Notes under the pieces: generated by a model
What the model was told of the DNA's origin: nothing
Databases searched by the model: none
Seen by the model: the letters and a program-made list of their open reading frames with translations, nothing else
Translations under genes and position numbers: made by a program
From: Octopus vulgaris
Taxonomy: Eukaryota
Direction: 5' to 3'
NCBI GenBank assembly: GCA_951406725.2
Contig: OX597820.1
Location: forward strand, 36,456,001 to 36,520,000
DNA: 64,000 bases
Shown here: positions 37,890 through 51,232 of the stretch, piece after piece
Layout of the letters: every line of letters starts with the position of its first letter
How positions within the stretch are numbered: position 1 is the first letter of the stretch

Positions 37890-39271
37890 TTAAGCCAGTA
37901 TCAACGGTGGTTCCTGAAATTCAAAACCTTGGTGGAACAAAATCCCATCGTAACTGTTGAGGAACTAACAGGGAAGCTTGCATCTAGTCATTTTAATCAT
38001 TCATCGACAACTGCACACTATCATAAAAGTCAGTAGATTGGGTCAATGGGATCCTCACAAACATTCCAAGTCTAAATGCATGCAGAGAGTGAATGTGTGC
38101 TCTTCTTTGCTGTCACATTTCGCGAATAAACCTTTTTTGGACTGAATAGTGACTGGTGCCAAGAAATGGGTTCTCTATAAAACTGTCAAGCACCGAAGAC
38201 AGTGTATAGGGAAAGGAGAAATACAGGCACCCTGGCGAAAGAAAGTCTTCACCCACATAAGATGTTGTTATCTGTTTGGTGGGTTATGAAAGGTTTAGTC
38301 CATTTCGAATTTTTAAACCCAAACCAAATGATAACAAAGGAAATCTATAGCGAGCAGCTTAAGTCAGCCCTGGAAAATAAATGACCATCTTAGGTTTCAA
38401 GACAAAAGGTGCTCTTCCATCAGGATAATGCTCAGCCACATACAGCGAAGATGACATTCTAAAGGCTGGATCAGTTTGAATGGGAAATGATGCCCCACCC
38501 ACCATATTTGCCAGACATTGCCCCATCTGATTATCATTTATTCCACAGTCTTCAAAGTGATTTGGACAGAAAAAATATGAATTATGTAGATGACGTCAGA
38601 GCAGTACTGGAGGAGTATTTTTCATCACAAACAAGTGAATTTTGAAAGAGAGGTCTTGCAAGTCTACCAGATAGATGGAAGAGCATTGTAGAAAATGAAG
38701 GAGAGTATATTTTAGATTAAAAAAGAACTTTGTTTATCTTAATTTTGAAAAATAAAAGTATAAACAAACAAACTGCATTATTTAAGTAACCCAATATATA
38801 TATATATATATATATACATATACACATGCACACATATATATACATATATACATGCACACATGTACAAAAATGAATGTATGCACAATCACATCAACACTAC
38901 CTAATCACTGCCACCCTATCTTTTAAAATGTGAGTAGTCATATAGCTTCTCCAGACCAGTTCGGCTATGGCCTCTTCTAGTTTTACCCTTCATCTCCCAG
39001 CACTAGGTCAACCCTTCAGTGTTTGCAGACCTGCAAGCTGCATGGTGACCTCACTAGTGCTGGTGACAAGAAGTACCCAATACACATTGTAAAGTGGTTG
39101 ACATTAGAAAGGGCATCATGCCAAAGATAAAACTGGAACATGTTGCAGTCCTTTGATTTGTAGGATCCAATCAAACTATGCCAGCATGGACCATGCAATG
39201 TTTAAATGAGGATCTCATACACATACACACACACACAAACCCATGCATGCACAAAGGAGATGATGGATTAA

Positions 39272-39487
39272 CCCTAGCATTCAAAATGGCCATATGCAGC
39301 CCAAATATTCTACCTGTTTCATGTTCAAACTGACCAGATCAGGCCTCTCACACCTACCCTGCAATGTCATCCTAAAAATAAAGTCACATCACCAAAATCT
39401 CAAAACCACAAGATAATACATGATTAATTCACAACAATGTGAATAAATAATCATTACATTTGAAAGAGTAATTTGAATGCTAAAGGG
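39272..39487. mobile_element. piggyBac-type MITE (second family)
   Basis: TTAA-ccctagcattcaaa ... tttgaatgctaaaggg-TTAA. Confidence 0.85.
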
Positions 39488-40367
39488 TTAAGTCACCAAA
39501 ACCAGGAAGGCTCCCTCTCTCCCCTTGCAATGGTCATCCACTATTAATTACCTCCCACCAAATGTTGACCACTGACCAGAGAGACTGCAGTGGAAAACAC
39601 TTGCTCAAGGCACTGCAAAATGTGTAGTTGCAAAGCTACATTTCTTAACCGCCCCTGCACCCAAGATAGAGTTAATTCATTTCTTAATCCAAAGGAAAAG
39701 AAATGACATCCATATTTTTACAATTTCTAATCTCTGTACTGAGAGATAGAAATCTAAAAAAAAAAGTAGGTCATTAATCATTGATTATAGGATGACTAAT
39801 GACCTCACTTTTTTTTTTCTTTTCTTTTATTGCACAGATGGTTCTTTACTCAGTTAAGTTTAAATAGAAATAAGCCTGATCAGCTGTTTGTGTATGACAC
39901 TACCACCACCGTAATACTCCCTCCTGTCTGTCACCACATAATTTAGTCAGCTGCACTGAAATTTCAACAGCAATATTGAAAACACATGAATACACTGGTA
40001 TCCATAAATATACACAAATGCACACAGACACGCATGCACATACATAAACATATACACAAACACACACACACACACACACACATGCATGCATTCTTAAACA
40101 CGTGTAAGCAGACACAAGCAAGCAATCTTTCCAGAAATACATTCCTAAGAAATAATATTACACACACAAAAAACAGCAGGTAAATTGTAATGACACAGGT
40201 CTTTTGTTCAAGGGAGCAGGGACCATGTGCAGCTTAAAGCAGTATTTATATGTGAAATACAAAAACAAGTAGGTGCAAGTCTTAACACCAAACACGTAAT
40301 TAAATTTTTGCCAGGTAGTCTAAGACATTAGGGCTAGCTGTTTAACAAACACATTTGAACTCACATA

Positions 40368-40398
40368 TGTAGTAGTAGTGGTGGTGGTGGTGGTAGTG

Positions 40399-40478
<80 letters not shown>

Positions 40479-40479
40479 G

Positions 40480-40540
<61 letters not shown>

Positions 40541-40577
40541 TAGTAGTGGTAGTAGAAGTAGTAGTAGTAGTGGTAGA
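40368..40577. repeat. (GTA/GTG)n microsatellite, about 70 units
   Basis: Direct observation. Confidence 0.95.
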
Positions 40578-41172
40578 ACAGCTTAACTCCACAGACACTT
40601 GAATAATTAAAGTTTATATGTACACATCTTGTGTGTGTGTGTGTGTGCCACCTCCTCACTTCTACACTTTCTTCACAGAAATTAACAATCCACACACCCA
40701 TTATCCCATGACGCAACACTTCCACACCTCTATACACATAGACTGTGTTGTCTTTCATTTTATGTTCATTGCTTTCTTAACACACACAGACACACCTATA
40801 AATATGTAAGTGTTTAATAAACATCATCATTTAACATCCATTTTCCATGCCGGCATGGGTTGGATGGTTTGGCAGGAGCTAATAAACTAGAGGACTTCTT
40901 CAAGCTCTACTGTCAGCTTTGGAATAATTTCTATGGCTGGATGTCCTTCTTAACATCAACCACTATACAGGGTATACAAGGTACTTTTTATGTGGCACCA
41001 ACAAGGATCTTGCAAGACAGGACCCTTCAACTGAAGGGGGAGTAGTACAGAGGGAGGTGACTTTGTGCTAAGTGATGAAGGTTAGGGTATAACGGAGGGA
41101 TAGAAACCAGTATGTGCGTCTATGTGTAGACACACACATGTAAATGTATATACATATGTGTATGTATAGATA

Positions 41173-41500
41173 TCTTTTACTTGTTTCAGTCATTAGACTG
41201 TGGCCATACTGGGGCATCACCTTGAAGGATTTTTAGTCAAATGAATCAACCCCAGTACTTATTTTTTGTTAAGCCTGGTACTTATTCTATTAGTCTCATT
41301 TGCTTATCTGCTATGTTACAGGGACGTAAACACACCAACACGATGCATGCACACACGCATACAACAGGCTCCTTTCAGTTTCTGTCAACCAAACCTATTC
41401 ACAAGGTTATAGAAGAGACTTGCCCAAGATGTCACACAGTTGGACTGAACCCAGAACAATGTGGTTGGAAAGTAAACTTTGTACCACACATCACACACCT
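41173..41500 (-). mobile_element. tRNA-derived CORE-type SINE, diverged
   Basis: Family-typical tail and head. Further head fragments at about 33620-33735, 42365-42550, 42849-42990 and 49570-49730 (+), and 61265-61395 (-). Confidence 0.75.
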
Positions 41501-41526
41501 GTACATACATATATATATATACACAG

Positions 41527-41661
41527 GTAAGGGTCAGCAATGAGTATAGTGAAGAATTCCGGGTAGAAGTAGGGGTTCACCAACGATCAGCCCTCAGCCC
41601 CCTCTTATTCATTATAGTCCTCCAAGCAATAACAGAGGAATTCAAGACAGGTTGCCCCTAG
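41527..41661 (+). pseudogene. RTE-clade reverse transcriptase fragment
   Basis: VRVSNEYSEEFRVEVGVHQRSALSPLLFIIVLQAITEEFKTGCP (GVHQGSxLSPLLF motif). Confidence 0.85.
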
Positions 41662-41945
41662 GCCAGTCAGGCGGCACAGGCAATGGCCATGCTCAAGTGG
41701 TGTTTTTTACGTGCCACCTGCACAGGAGCCAGTCCAGCAGCACTGGCAACAACCTCACTCGAATGTTTTTCACATGCCAACGGCACAAGTGCCAGTAAGG
41801 TGACACTGGTAACGATCACGTTTGAATGGTGCTTTTTACATGCCACTGGCACGGAAGCCAGTCAGCTGCTTTGGCAGCGATTACGCTTGGATAGTGCTCT
41901 CAGTGCCCCACTGGCACGGGTGCCAGTCATCGAATTTGCAAATTT
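41662..41945 (-). mobile_element. RTE 3'UTR tandem-repeat segment, inverted relative to the adjacent RT fragment
   Basis: About 63-bp repeats of ggtgctttttacgtgccacc/tggcac..gccagt type, as in the other RTE tails in this window. Confidence 0.7.
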
Positions 41946-42078
41946 GATTATATATATATATGTTTTTTGATTGCCTCGATAACTGACAAGGTTTCTACCC
42001 CAACATCTGAAACTCAGGGTCTTATTATATATATATATTTGATCAATGAGAGAGATTGAAGATATGAGGTTTATTGAT

Positions 42079-42160
42079 CACTGCAATTGTTTTGACCCAT
42101 CTAGCATCGATTCCTGACAGGTGAAATACTGAGCATCTGGTTCAGGTGTCTCCATCAGTG
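42079..42160 (-). ncRNA. Decayed hammerhead ribozyme relic
   Basis: Minus strand caCTGATGGagac...gggtcAAAAcaattgcagtg. Core is mutated; same CAATTG helix III palindrome and long helix II as the 53.8 kb motif. Confidence 0.45.
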
Positions 42161-45100
42161 TAGATATGTCTCCTCAAATGACAAGATGTATCATGTTAAT
42201 ATAATGTCTACCCTGAAAGATTTATTATTATGTGTATATAATAGCAGCAAATTAAGGGATACAGCTCCATTATTATAGAAGATCAATAACAAATATCAGC
42301 TGCAGAAAGAAACAAATACAGAAACCATATAAACACACTCACACACACACACACACATGTATGTAGGTATAGCTGTGTGGTAAGAAGTTTACTTCCCAAC
42401 ATTCTGATTTGGGGTTCAGTCCTACTACATGGTACCTTGGACAAGTGTCTTCCACAACAGCCCTGAGCTGATAAAACCTACTAAATCTACTCTCTGGGTG
42501 GATTTAGTAGATAGAAACTGAAGGAAGCCTGTCATATATGTGTTTGTGTGTGTTTGTACAACTATCTCCTTGAAACAGCCAGCAGGATTGAAAAAGCTGA
42601 CCCCCACCACCACCCCTCAACAACCAAGGGAGAAACAATATATTTATCAACTGTAAACATTGGTGAGAAATCTGGAAGAAGAATACAAAAAACTACTTTT
42701 CAAACAAAGTCATTTGTGATATTTATTCTACACTGAGTTATAAACACTCCCTTGTCACTCTCAGAAATAGTGACCTAGTGTTTGATCTGTTAGAAACCTG
42801 TAATTGACAAAACAATTGCTCACCAATTTCAGTTTAAAATAAATAAATAGGTGCAGGCATGACTGTATGGATATATACTTTGCTTGGTAACCACATAATC
42901 TGATGTCCTATCCAACTGTGCAACACTTTGGGTCAGTTAATGCTTTGTGAATAAAACTGATAGCCAGAAACTATATAGAAACCTGTGTGGTGTATGTGTA
43001 TGAATGTTTACATTCTACGTCTTCACAGAAATCACTGAGCTTAAAAAACAAAACAAGTGAAGCTTGTTGATATTTTGTCAATAAATTATCCTCTAGCACT
43101 GCATTTCAAAGACAAATGGAATTTTTTTTTTACACATACACACATCTATATTTATATGTGCATGTGTGTGTGTGTATTCATGACAGTAATACTTGAAAGA
43201 CAGGTGTTAGCGACAAGATGGGCTTCCAGCTGTAAAACATAGCCTCAATAATATGTAGTCAACAAATCCATGCTAACATGGTAAATCAAACATAAAACAT
43301 ACGAAGAAACAAGTAACTGATAAATTCTAAAGACATGAATTATTTCAAACTTACCCAGTTTCTAGAGATGTCACCTACACTTTCCTCGCCCCTACTTCTT
43401 TTATTTATTGTCCATCAAAACTTGCTCTTCACTATATTCACCCTCTCATTACATCCCCTAGTTCTAATAACCATCCCTCACTAGTTCACATATTCTGGCA
43501 ACCTCTATCCAACTACACATCCTGTTATCTTGTCTCCATTCACTTCTACTCACCCTGTACCTGGAGAGTCAACTCTGACACCTCATCACCACTATTTTTA
43601 CCTCTTTCCAGCTCCACTGCAACCATTCCTATCTTCTCTTCTATAATGTAAGTAGCAGTGTAGCTCCTCTACAAAAATAAACTTATTCTGTTCTAATCCC
43701 TTTTCTCATACTCAGATTCCTAACCTCCTAGCATAAAACCACCTCCCTCTCTATTGTAAACTCACTCAGTCAAAAGGGTTCTTAGTTCTGCAGGTTGCAT
43801 GGCAACCTTACTACAGCTGATGCCACAAAAACAAAGAAAAAGCAGCTAATACATTATGAAGTGGTTAGCATTAGGAAGAGCATCCTGTCATAAAAACCAT
43901 GCCAAAACAGACACTGGAGCAACATGCAGTCTTTGGATCCATCAGATCTTGTCAACCCATGCCAGTATAGAATGAAACATTAATTCACAACATTCAAAAC
44001 AAGATACAAGAGTGACTTCTGTACACACGCACACACACTACCATGAGGAGACAGTCAGATATATTGACACCCAATACATGACTAGCACTTTATTTTATCA
44101 ACCCCGACTAGAAGGTTGAGCTCAGAATGTAAAGCAACATAAATATGCACTTTGTCCTGAGCTCAACCAATTTCTGCCAATCCCTGTAATCCTACTTCCC
44201 ACACTCCACACACACACATGTGCATACACACATCATGCATCATCTTAGATGTGATGTGGATGGGCTGATAGTGATTCTGTTACTTCCTCACTAATAATCA
44301 GATAAAAAAAACCTTTTTACTCATATCTGTTCTTCTTAAACACACACACACACATATACACGCATGCACAAAATAAAATACAAATACAGAGAACTCATAG
44401 AAATTAGAAACAGGAAAAGACAGCTGTGGCTACACTGCAGTTATAAAACTGACTGATTATAGGATAACTTTAGTGCTTGGCAAGTTACCACTAGTACTAT
44501 AGATATAAACAAATTAAAGCATGCAATACACACACATGAAAACAGGCACAATTATATACACTAAAGCAAATACACACACACACACACAGATACACAAACA
44601 AACAAGGAGTGTCTATATGTTGACTTGAGCCAATGCCCTCATTGAGTTTTTGCATAGCCATTCAGCGTGCTCAAAATAGCAGTCAAATTTCTCTTAAATT
44701 ACACCCTACTGTCTTAAAAACAGAATGGATACATTACATAATGTAATCCTAAATGTCCCCAAAAACGACAGGATAGTCACAGCTGGGATGCCTCTGATCA
44801 TAAGTCTGCTTGACCAGAGTTGACCAGTAACTAAAAAAACACACAACAAAGACAGACAGAAACACAGACAACATTGAAAAAGTGATAGGAATCTCAAGAA
44901 AACTGACACCTCTTAATAAAAGGAAATCAAATTCCACCACCTCCTCATCATCATTGCTGTTATCATCATCATTATCATCATCATTTAAGTGGATTTGAGT
45001 TTATACAGAATAGAATATGGAAACACTGAGGTCTCATGGCTGCATGAAGAATCACCATTGTAATATTTTTAGGCACAACTATATGGCTAAGAAATTCACT

Positions 45101-46650
45101 TCCCAAGCAAGTGGTTTTGGTTTCAGTCCCACTGCAAGGCATAGATGTATGTTAAAATGTTCCCTTCTCAACCATGTGGTTTTGGGTTCAGTCCTAAGTA
45201 AGTTCCATTTGAGTAGACTCCTAATGAAATGCATTACAACCATGGCCATCTATTTTGTTGCAGTCTAGAACTAAGTTCTTTAATGTATCTTATATATATA
45301 TATATTTTTTTTAGCATGGTAGGATGTCATCTCAGAGACATCTGGTAGCTATTTTTAACTGGTACAAGTTGGAAACTATAAAAGTACAATCACTCTTTAA
45401 ATGTGTGTCATTATCCTTCCTCCCCATAGTATCAACTTCCTAAGAATTTCCTCCCCACCCTTATTTTTTCCTTGCACATTTACAAAATGAATAATGACTT
45501 TATTGATCTTCCCTATCTTGAGGGGGTGGCGGCTATATTGTCAATAAGCGACAAAAAAAAATTCTGAGCCATTTCTTTTGATCTCCCTCTTAGTATACAA
45601 TAAATATGAGTAGGATTACTGTGCAACAAGTAATTATGGCAAATAGAGTTGCAATAGCAGACAGACATACGGACAGAGAAAAAGGGAGACACTATAGAAT
45701 TTTGGGTTTAAAGTTAGATTTTTCAGTGTAGATAGTTCCATCCAACCCATGCAGATATGGTGATGGCTATGATGATGATTAATAACGATAAGCTTACAAT
45801 GAAAAATGAATAGCTATTTTATCCATAGAGAGATGACTAACACTTAAAAAAGGATAGTACACTGCTCCAATATCAGAGACAATAAACTGCTAGGACATCA
45901 TTGTAACATCTAATGATACAGCAGAGTGTAAGTATTAGTGACCTAGCTGTCAAAGTACAGCAAAACAATTTAACATAATACATATATATACTACTGAAAA
46001 ATAATAAAGCAAACATGGTCATTTGTTTATAACATAGTGAAAGGAGAAGAGGATAGTGTAGTGTCCATGAGCTTTCCAGGTTTTCCAGTCCAACAAGATT
46101 GATGAAGCTGATGTTCTTCAATGTTAAGAGTATATTTGTTTTAAACGTCTCGTATAAACTATCATAATACAACTATTTTGGGTTCTATACATAATCAGTC
46201 TAAATAAAATAGTTTGCCAACAACTACAGACAATTTTCTTTAATAATCTATTTTTAATGAAATCATTAAAGGCTTTCTTTTTTTTCATATGAACAAGTTT
46301 GCTGCTGTATGTGAGAAATTTATAATTCATTTCGATCTAAAAATGATTTTAACATCTCCGGGGATATTCAGAGATAAATTCAAGCTCACTTCAGGGATGG
46401 TGTTCTCCCCACCACACACACACACACACACAAACTCAGTTACTATTTCATTAATTGATGCAACTGGGACAACCAAATGGGATACAAATATTTTACAAGA
46501 TTTTGACCAGAATTCATCACTATCAAACTTAAAATTTCTGAAAGTAATGTAAAAATAGAACATAGAATCCAATATTTTTTAAATATTGAACCAAGTCAGC
46601 TTAGTTTCATTATACTACTTGGATCTGAGCCACTGATGGAACCTTTCGAT

Positions 46651-46900
46651 CAGTGGTTCTCAACTGGGGTCCATATGACCCATGGGGACCCACATAAAAT
46701 TTTGTTAAAATTTACATGCAATAAATTGGTTATATGTTTACAATACACAAAACATTTTAATTCCTTATACAATTCCTAATAATATTTAATTATAAAAATA
46801 TAATAGGATTGTTTAAACATAGAATGGTCATGAGGGTCTACCCAAGTAAAATAGGAATTAAAGGGGGGGTCCATAGGAGAAAAATGGTTGAGAACCACTG
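46651..46900. mobile_element. hAT (Charlie-like) MITE
   Basis: 14-bp TIR cagtggttctcaac / gttgagaaccactg; 8-bp TSD ctttcgat / ctttagat. Confidence 0.9.
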
Positions 46901-46989
46901 CTTTAGATGGTTGCTCAACCTTCAAGAAATACCAACCAAACGTCACTCAAAGCATACCCTACAAACTTTAAAAAGGATGATCATACTGA

Positions 46990-47059
<70 letters not shown>

Positions 47060-47494
47060 GGTAGTGTGTTGGCAGAGTTATTACAGCCTCAAAATGCAGT
47101 CTTTCTATCTTATTGTGCTCTGAGTTCAAATCCTGCTGAAGTCAACTTTTTATCTTTTTGGGAGTCAATAAATAAAGCATCAGTCCAATCTAAGGTTGAT
47201 TCTCTCTCTCTTTCATTCTTTCTCTCTGGATGCAATCAGTTGTCATCAGACCTGATGAGCACACTGCCAAGTTTAAAATGCTCAAGATATGCAGTATGTC
47301 ACAAAGGGACCCCTTAGGATTCGACTAGGAGTTGAAGGCGATGGAAGGTAGAAAAAGTATAACTAGAAAAGGATGGGATGATCATAGCTAGAATGCCTTT
47401 GATCATAGCTTTCCTTGATCAAGGTTGACTTAGATTACACAATAACCACCACTTGAAGTCACATCAATAGCATATCAAGTGTTCTTGTTCAACA

Positions 47495-47695
47495 CATACA
47501 TATGACCATGTAAGATGTGGGGCATGGATTCCATAGAGAAATCCTACAATTATAGGATCTCTGGAAGTGATAAAAAAAGCAAATATAAAGGAATAATCAT
47601 TCAACCAGAGCATCTCAGCTCACAAATTGCAGAAACACTTCTGCTGCAATCCACCAACATGTTTAGAAAAATTCTGGTCACTGGAAACAAATAAC
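47495..47695 (+). mobile_element. R4/Dong-type LINE C-terminal fragment
   Basis: RCGAW/MWGM..PTIIGSL.VIKK...LLLQSTNMFRKIL, resembling the PxxIGxLG...ILRKxL terminus. Confidence 0.5.
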
Positions 47696-48936
47696 CAGAA
47701 AACTAGACCTAAGCTACAAATCTTCACAAATTACATCCTTGCCCTGCCATCCATTGTTTAGCACATGTATGCATGCATAGACACACAAAAAGCATAAGTA
47801 ATACATGCATGCATACATAATTACTTAGTTAGATGCTGTGGGAACATAGCCAAAATCTAAGATGGATAAATAATAATAATAATAATACAATGTAGTAATG
47901 GGAAAAAATAAATAAAATACATACACCTACTGAATAATAATAGTTGTTTCAAATTTTGGCACTGGGCCAGCAATTTTAGGTGAGGACATAAGTTGAAAAC
48001 TCCAGTACTTGACTGGCGCTTTATTTTATCAATCACTGAAAGGATGAAAGTAGAGTTCACCTTTGCAGAATCTGAGCTTAGCATGTAAAGAGCTGGAAAA
48101 AATGCCAGTAAAGTTGACCTAAGTAGGATTTCAAATCAGAATATAATGAGCAGGAACAAATGCCCACAAGGCACTCTTTTTTTTTTTTTTTCCAATGTTC
48201 TAACAATTCTGCTTGCTTACCACCTTAAAAAGCATTATATCACATTATAAAAACAGCAAGAAGGGGAAAAAATAGGGTAACATCACTAACAACTAACCTC
48301 CACCCCACTAACACTAAGTCTCCTTTGCTCCTCAGTAGCAATCAGGTGATTTACTCAGTCAGTAAGCAGTGATTAAAACTAAACCACTACCACTGCCACT
48401 GTTACCAACCCACCATCAATGTTACCATTATCATCACCACCACCACCATACATCTTGGTTTATTTAGGGGTAGCAGACAACAAGTGAGAACTCCCTCTTA
48501 CACTAGATCTGCATGAAAAGGCAAGCAGACATCTTATGCACCCCCTTCAGAATTAGTGAGTGAGTCAGTCACTGCAATCTGGGGAAAAGGGATTTACATA
48601 GAGAAAAAGAACATCAATACTAAAATAGATTAAATATGTTCCCCTACCACTTCAATTTTTTTTTTTTAAATGTACTAAAAAAATATATAAAATAAATTAA
48701 AACCTCCCTAAAGGAAGCATTAGTATACAGCAAATATTCATAGGACTGATGGAGAAGTCTTAAAGTAAATACTTTATAGCTTTAGAGATACAGAAAATGG
48801 AGATAGGTTTCCCCAAAAATAATTAGAAAAACTACCAAAATACTGGCAAGTTCCTGTTAATTGAGGAAATTATCAAGATTAGACATCCCAGAGATTAACA
48901 TCCTTGCTGTTTATGGTAATAATATTTCACTTAATT

Positions 48937-49151
48937 AAGGCAGTGAGCTGGCAGAAACGTTAGCATGCTGAGCAAAATGCTTAGCAGTATATCATCTGTC
49001 TTTACGTTCTAAGTTCAAATCCCACCGAGGTCAACTTTGCCTTTCATCCTTTCGGGGTTGATAAATTTAGTACCAGTTGCATACTAGGGTCGATCTAATT
49101 GACTGGCCCCCCTCCCCAAAAATTTCGGGCCTTGTGCCTAGAGTAGAAAAG
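48937..49151 (+). mobile_element. Full-length tRNA-derived SINE with Meta-like domain and 16-bp TSD
   Basis: TSD aatatttcacttaatt at 48921-48936 and 49152-49167. Confidence 0.9.
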
Positions 49152-50180
49152 AATATTTCACTTAATTTTGAAACTTCATGTTGAAAATTACATTAGAAAA
49201 AAGATAAGGATGGGAGTGGCTATTGAGTTGCTATTGATTAAAACAGAGTAAACAACCTGATCAAACAGCACTTACTCTTCCAGTTTGGTATTACTATTGT
49301 TTAGCTTTAGATCTGCTTTGATCAAGCAGACTTATGATCAAAGGTGTTACCAGGTGTAACCATCCTTTTTTCAGTCATACTCATAGTGAATCTAAGACCT
49401 CAATAGCCACAAGAATACTTGTCACATCAAAGTATCTCATGGTGTTTTTAAAAGACACAACGCTATGAGATTGATGTTACTGTTGTTTACCCCAGATCAG
49501 CTCTGTTCTGGACCTAACATTCAATGATGTTCCAGTTGTGACCATTGTATGTTTTTTTCAGACATAGATACAGGCACAGCTGTGTAGTTAAGAAGTCTGC
49601 TTCCCAGCCATATGATTTCAAGTTCAGCCTCACTGCACAGCACCTTAGGCAAGTACCATCTACTATAGTCCTTGGCTGACCAAAGCCTTGTAGTGGATTT
49701 GGTAAATGGAAACTGATGGAAGCCTATCATATAAGTGTGTCTGTTTGAGTTTAATCATATTTACACTTCTCTGAAAATCACTCGGCTATAGGCTTTTATG
49801 TTGTCATTTCCCATGTCAACAAACTACTTGCAGGCTTTGTGTCTACAAAGACATGTGGAGTAAGATATCCCTTACCCCCCCCCCAAAAAAAAAGGTGTTA
49901 CTGACAGGAAGAGCATCTGGTTGTAAAACAATGTCTCAATAATGATCCATGCAAGCAGGAAAAAACAGTCCTAACTAAAAACAAATGTAAATGTTACTGA
50001 AAAAGGGTTTTCTAAGGCGATAAAATGTTATTTGACAAATTTCTCCGCTCATTTTCTTGGAGGATATGCAGGTACCATTTGTCAGTTTATCTAGCATACA
50101 TCTAAGTCTCAACATTCTGACTACTGATGCACAGACATATGGTAAATCTGTTATCTTACTAAGGAACTGTTGTGCAATAT

Positions 50181-50233
<53 letters not shown>

Positions 50234-50909
50234 TCAAGTAATATTACGTCTGATGATATAAGATAATAGGTACATACAACAAGTGCTCAGGTTAACTTCC
50301 TGCTTAATCTCCAACCTAAATGCAACTGAGAAAAAGCAGTGATGTTATAGTTGCCTAAATAAAGATTGGCTAAGGCAGTTTCAATTGAGCTAGTAGATAT
50401 CTAATAGAATAAAAGCATAGATATACAAACAACTTGTATCTGGTCAAATTATGACATCTATGTATTTATACAACAGCTTCATCTACCATATCTATCCCAT
50501 CTTCATATTTGAAGCAGCTGTAGGGACTACATACAAACCTTCTTCTCATCCAGTTTTGGATTTTACCTATGATGACCTGCCTTACTTATTGATATCTTGT
50601 GATTTAGACTCCTGAAACATTCTTTTCTACTTTCAAGTTGTATAACTATATGTCATAATAAACCAGATATCAGTTGTTTGCCAGTCTATGTTTTGATATT
50701 TTGCACTGCATAAAAGTGGTTGTAAAATGGTTGGCATTAGGAAGGGCAACCAGCCGTAGAAAATCTGCCTCAACAAATTCCATTGGACCAGTACAAGCAT
50801 AGAAATTTGGACATTAAAACAAAGATGATGAGAGAAAACATATATACATATACTGCTCCACTTAGTCCATTCTGTTCTTATATACATGTATATATATAGT
50901 TGAAATTTA

Positions 50910-51089
50910 CAGAAAAACAAAAGACGAAGACAGGGGTATAAACAACAAGCAGGTGTACTAGTTTGAAGCTCAGGAAGGTGAGAAAGTCTTTTATGCTTCG
51001 AGCTTACACTCTTCAACAGAAAGGAACACAAAGAAATAAACAGAGAGAGAAAAAAAAACTTGTGGATTTAGTGGTCAATCATGGCGACT
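50910..51089 (-). mobile_element. Penelope-like terminal fragment with decayed minimal hammerhead (about 50985-51023)
   Basis: Minus strand ctgTTGAAGAgtgtaagctcGAAGcataaaag, flanked by TA-rich microsatellites. Confidence 0.4.
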
Positions 51090-51131
51090 GATATATGTAT
51101 GTCTATATATATATATGTATATATGTATGTC

Positions 51132-51162
<31 letters not shown>

Positions 51163-51193
51163 CTATATATATATATATGTATATATGTATGTC

Positions 51194-51224
<31 letters not shown>

Positions 51225-51232
51225 CTATATAT

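Larger units (their letters stand above)
36693..38720 (+). pseudogene. Mariner transposase pseudogene
   Basis: MEVTKEHIQNILL*EF..NINAVYG..QRWFLKFK; GQWDPHKH (WVPHEL); IVTGAKKW (first D lost); HQDNAQPH...HPPYLPDIAPSDYHLF with 34 residues between the last two Ds; ends RWKSIVENEGEYILD*. Multiple stops and frameshifts. Confidence 0.95.
36510..38794 (+). mobile_element. Mariner (DD34D) transposon, decayed, interrupted by a piggyBac
   Basis: Imperfect TIRs ttgggtcatcccataaataatgcagttt / aaactgcattatttaagtaacccaa, in a TA context, enclosing a transposase pseudogene. Confidence 0.95.

Noticed and set aside
39790-39860. Strong-looking + strand splice acceptor (ttttcttttattgcacAG)
   Set aside because: The would-be donor is ttaagt, not gt, and the T-tract is partly the arm of a small hairpin (39756-39818).
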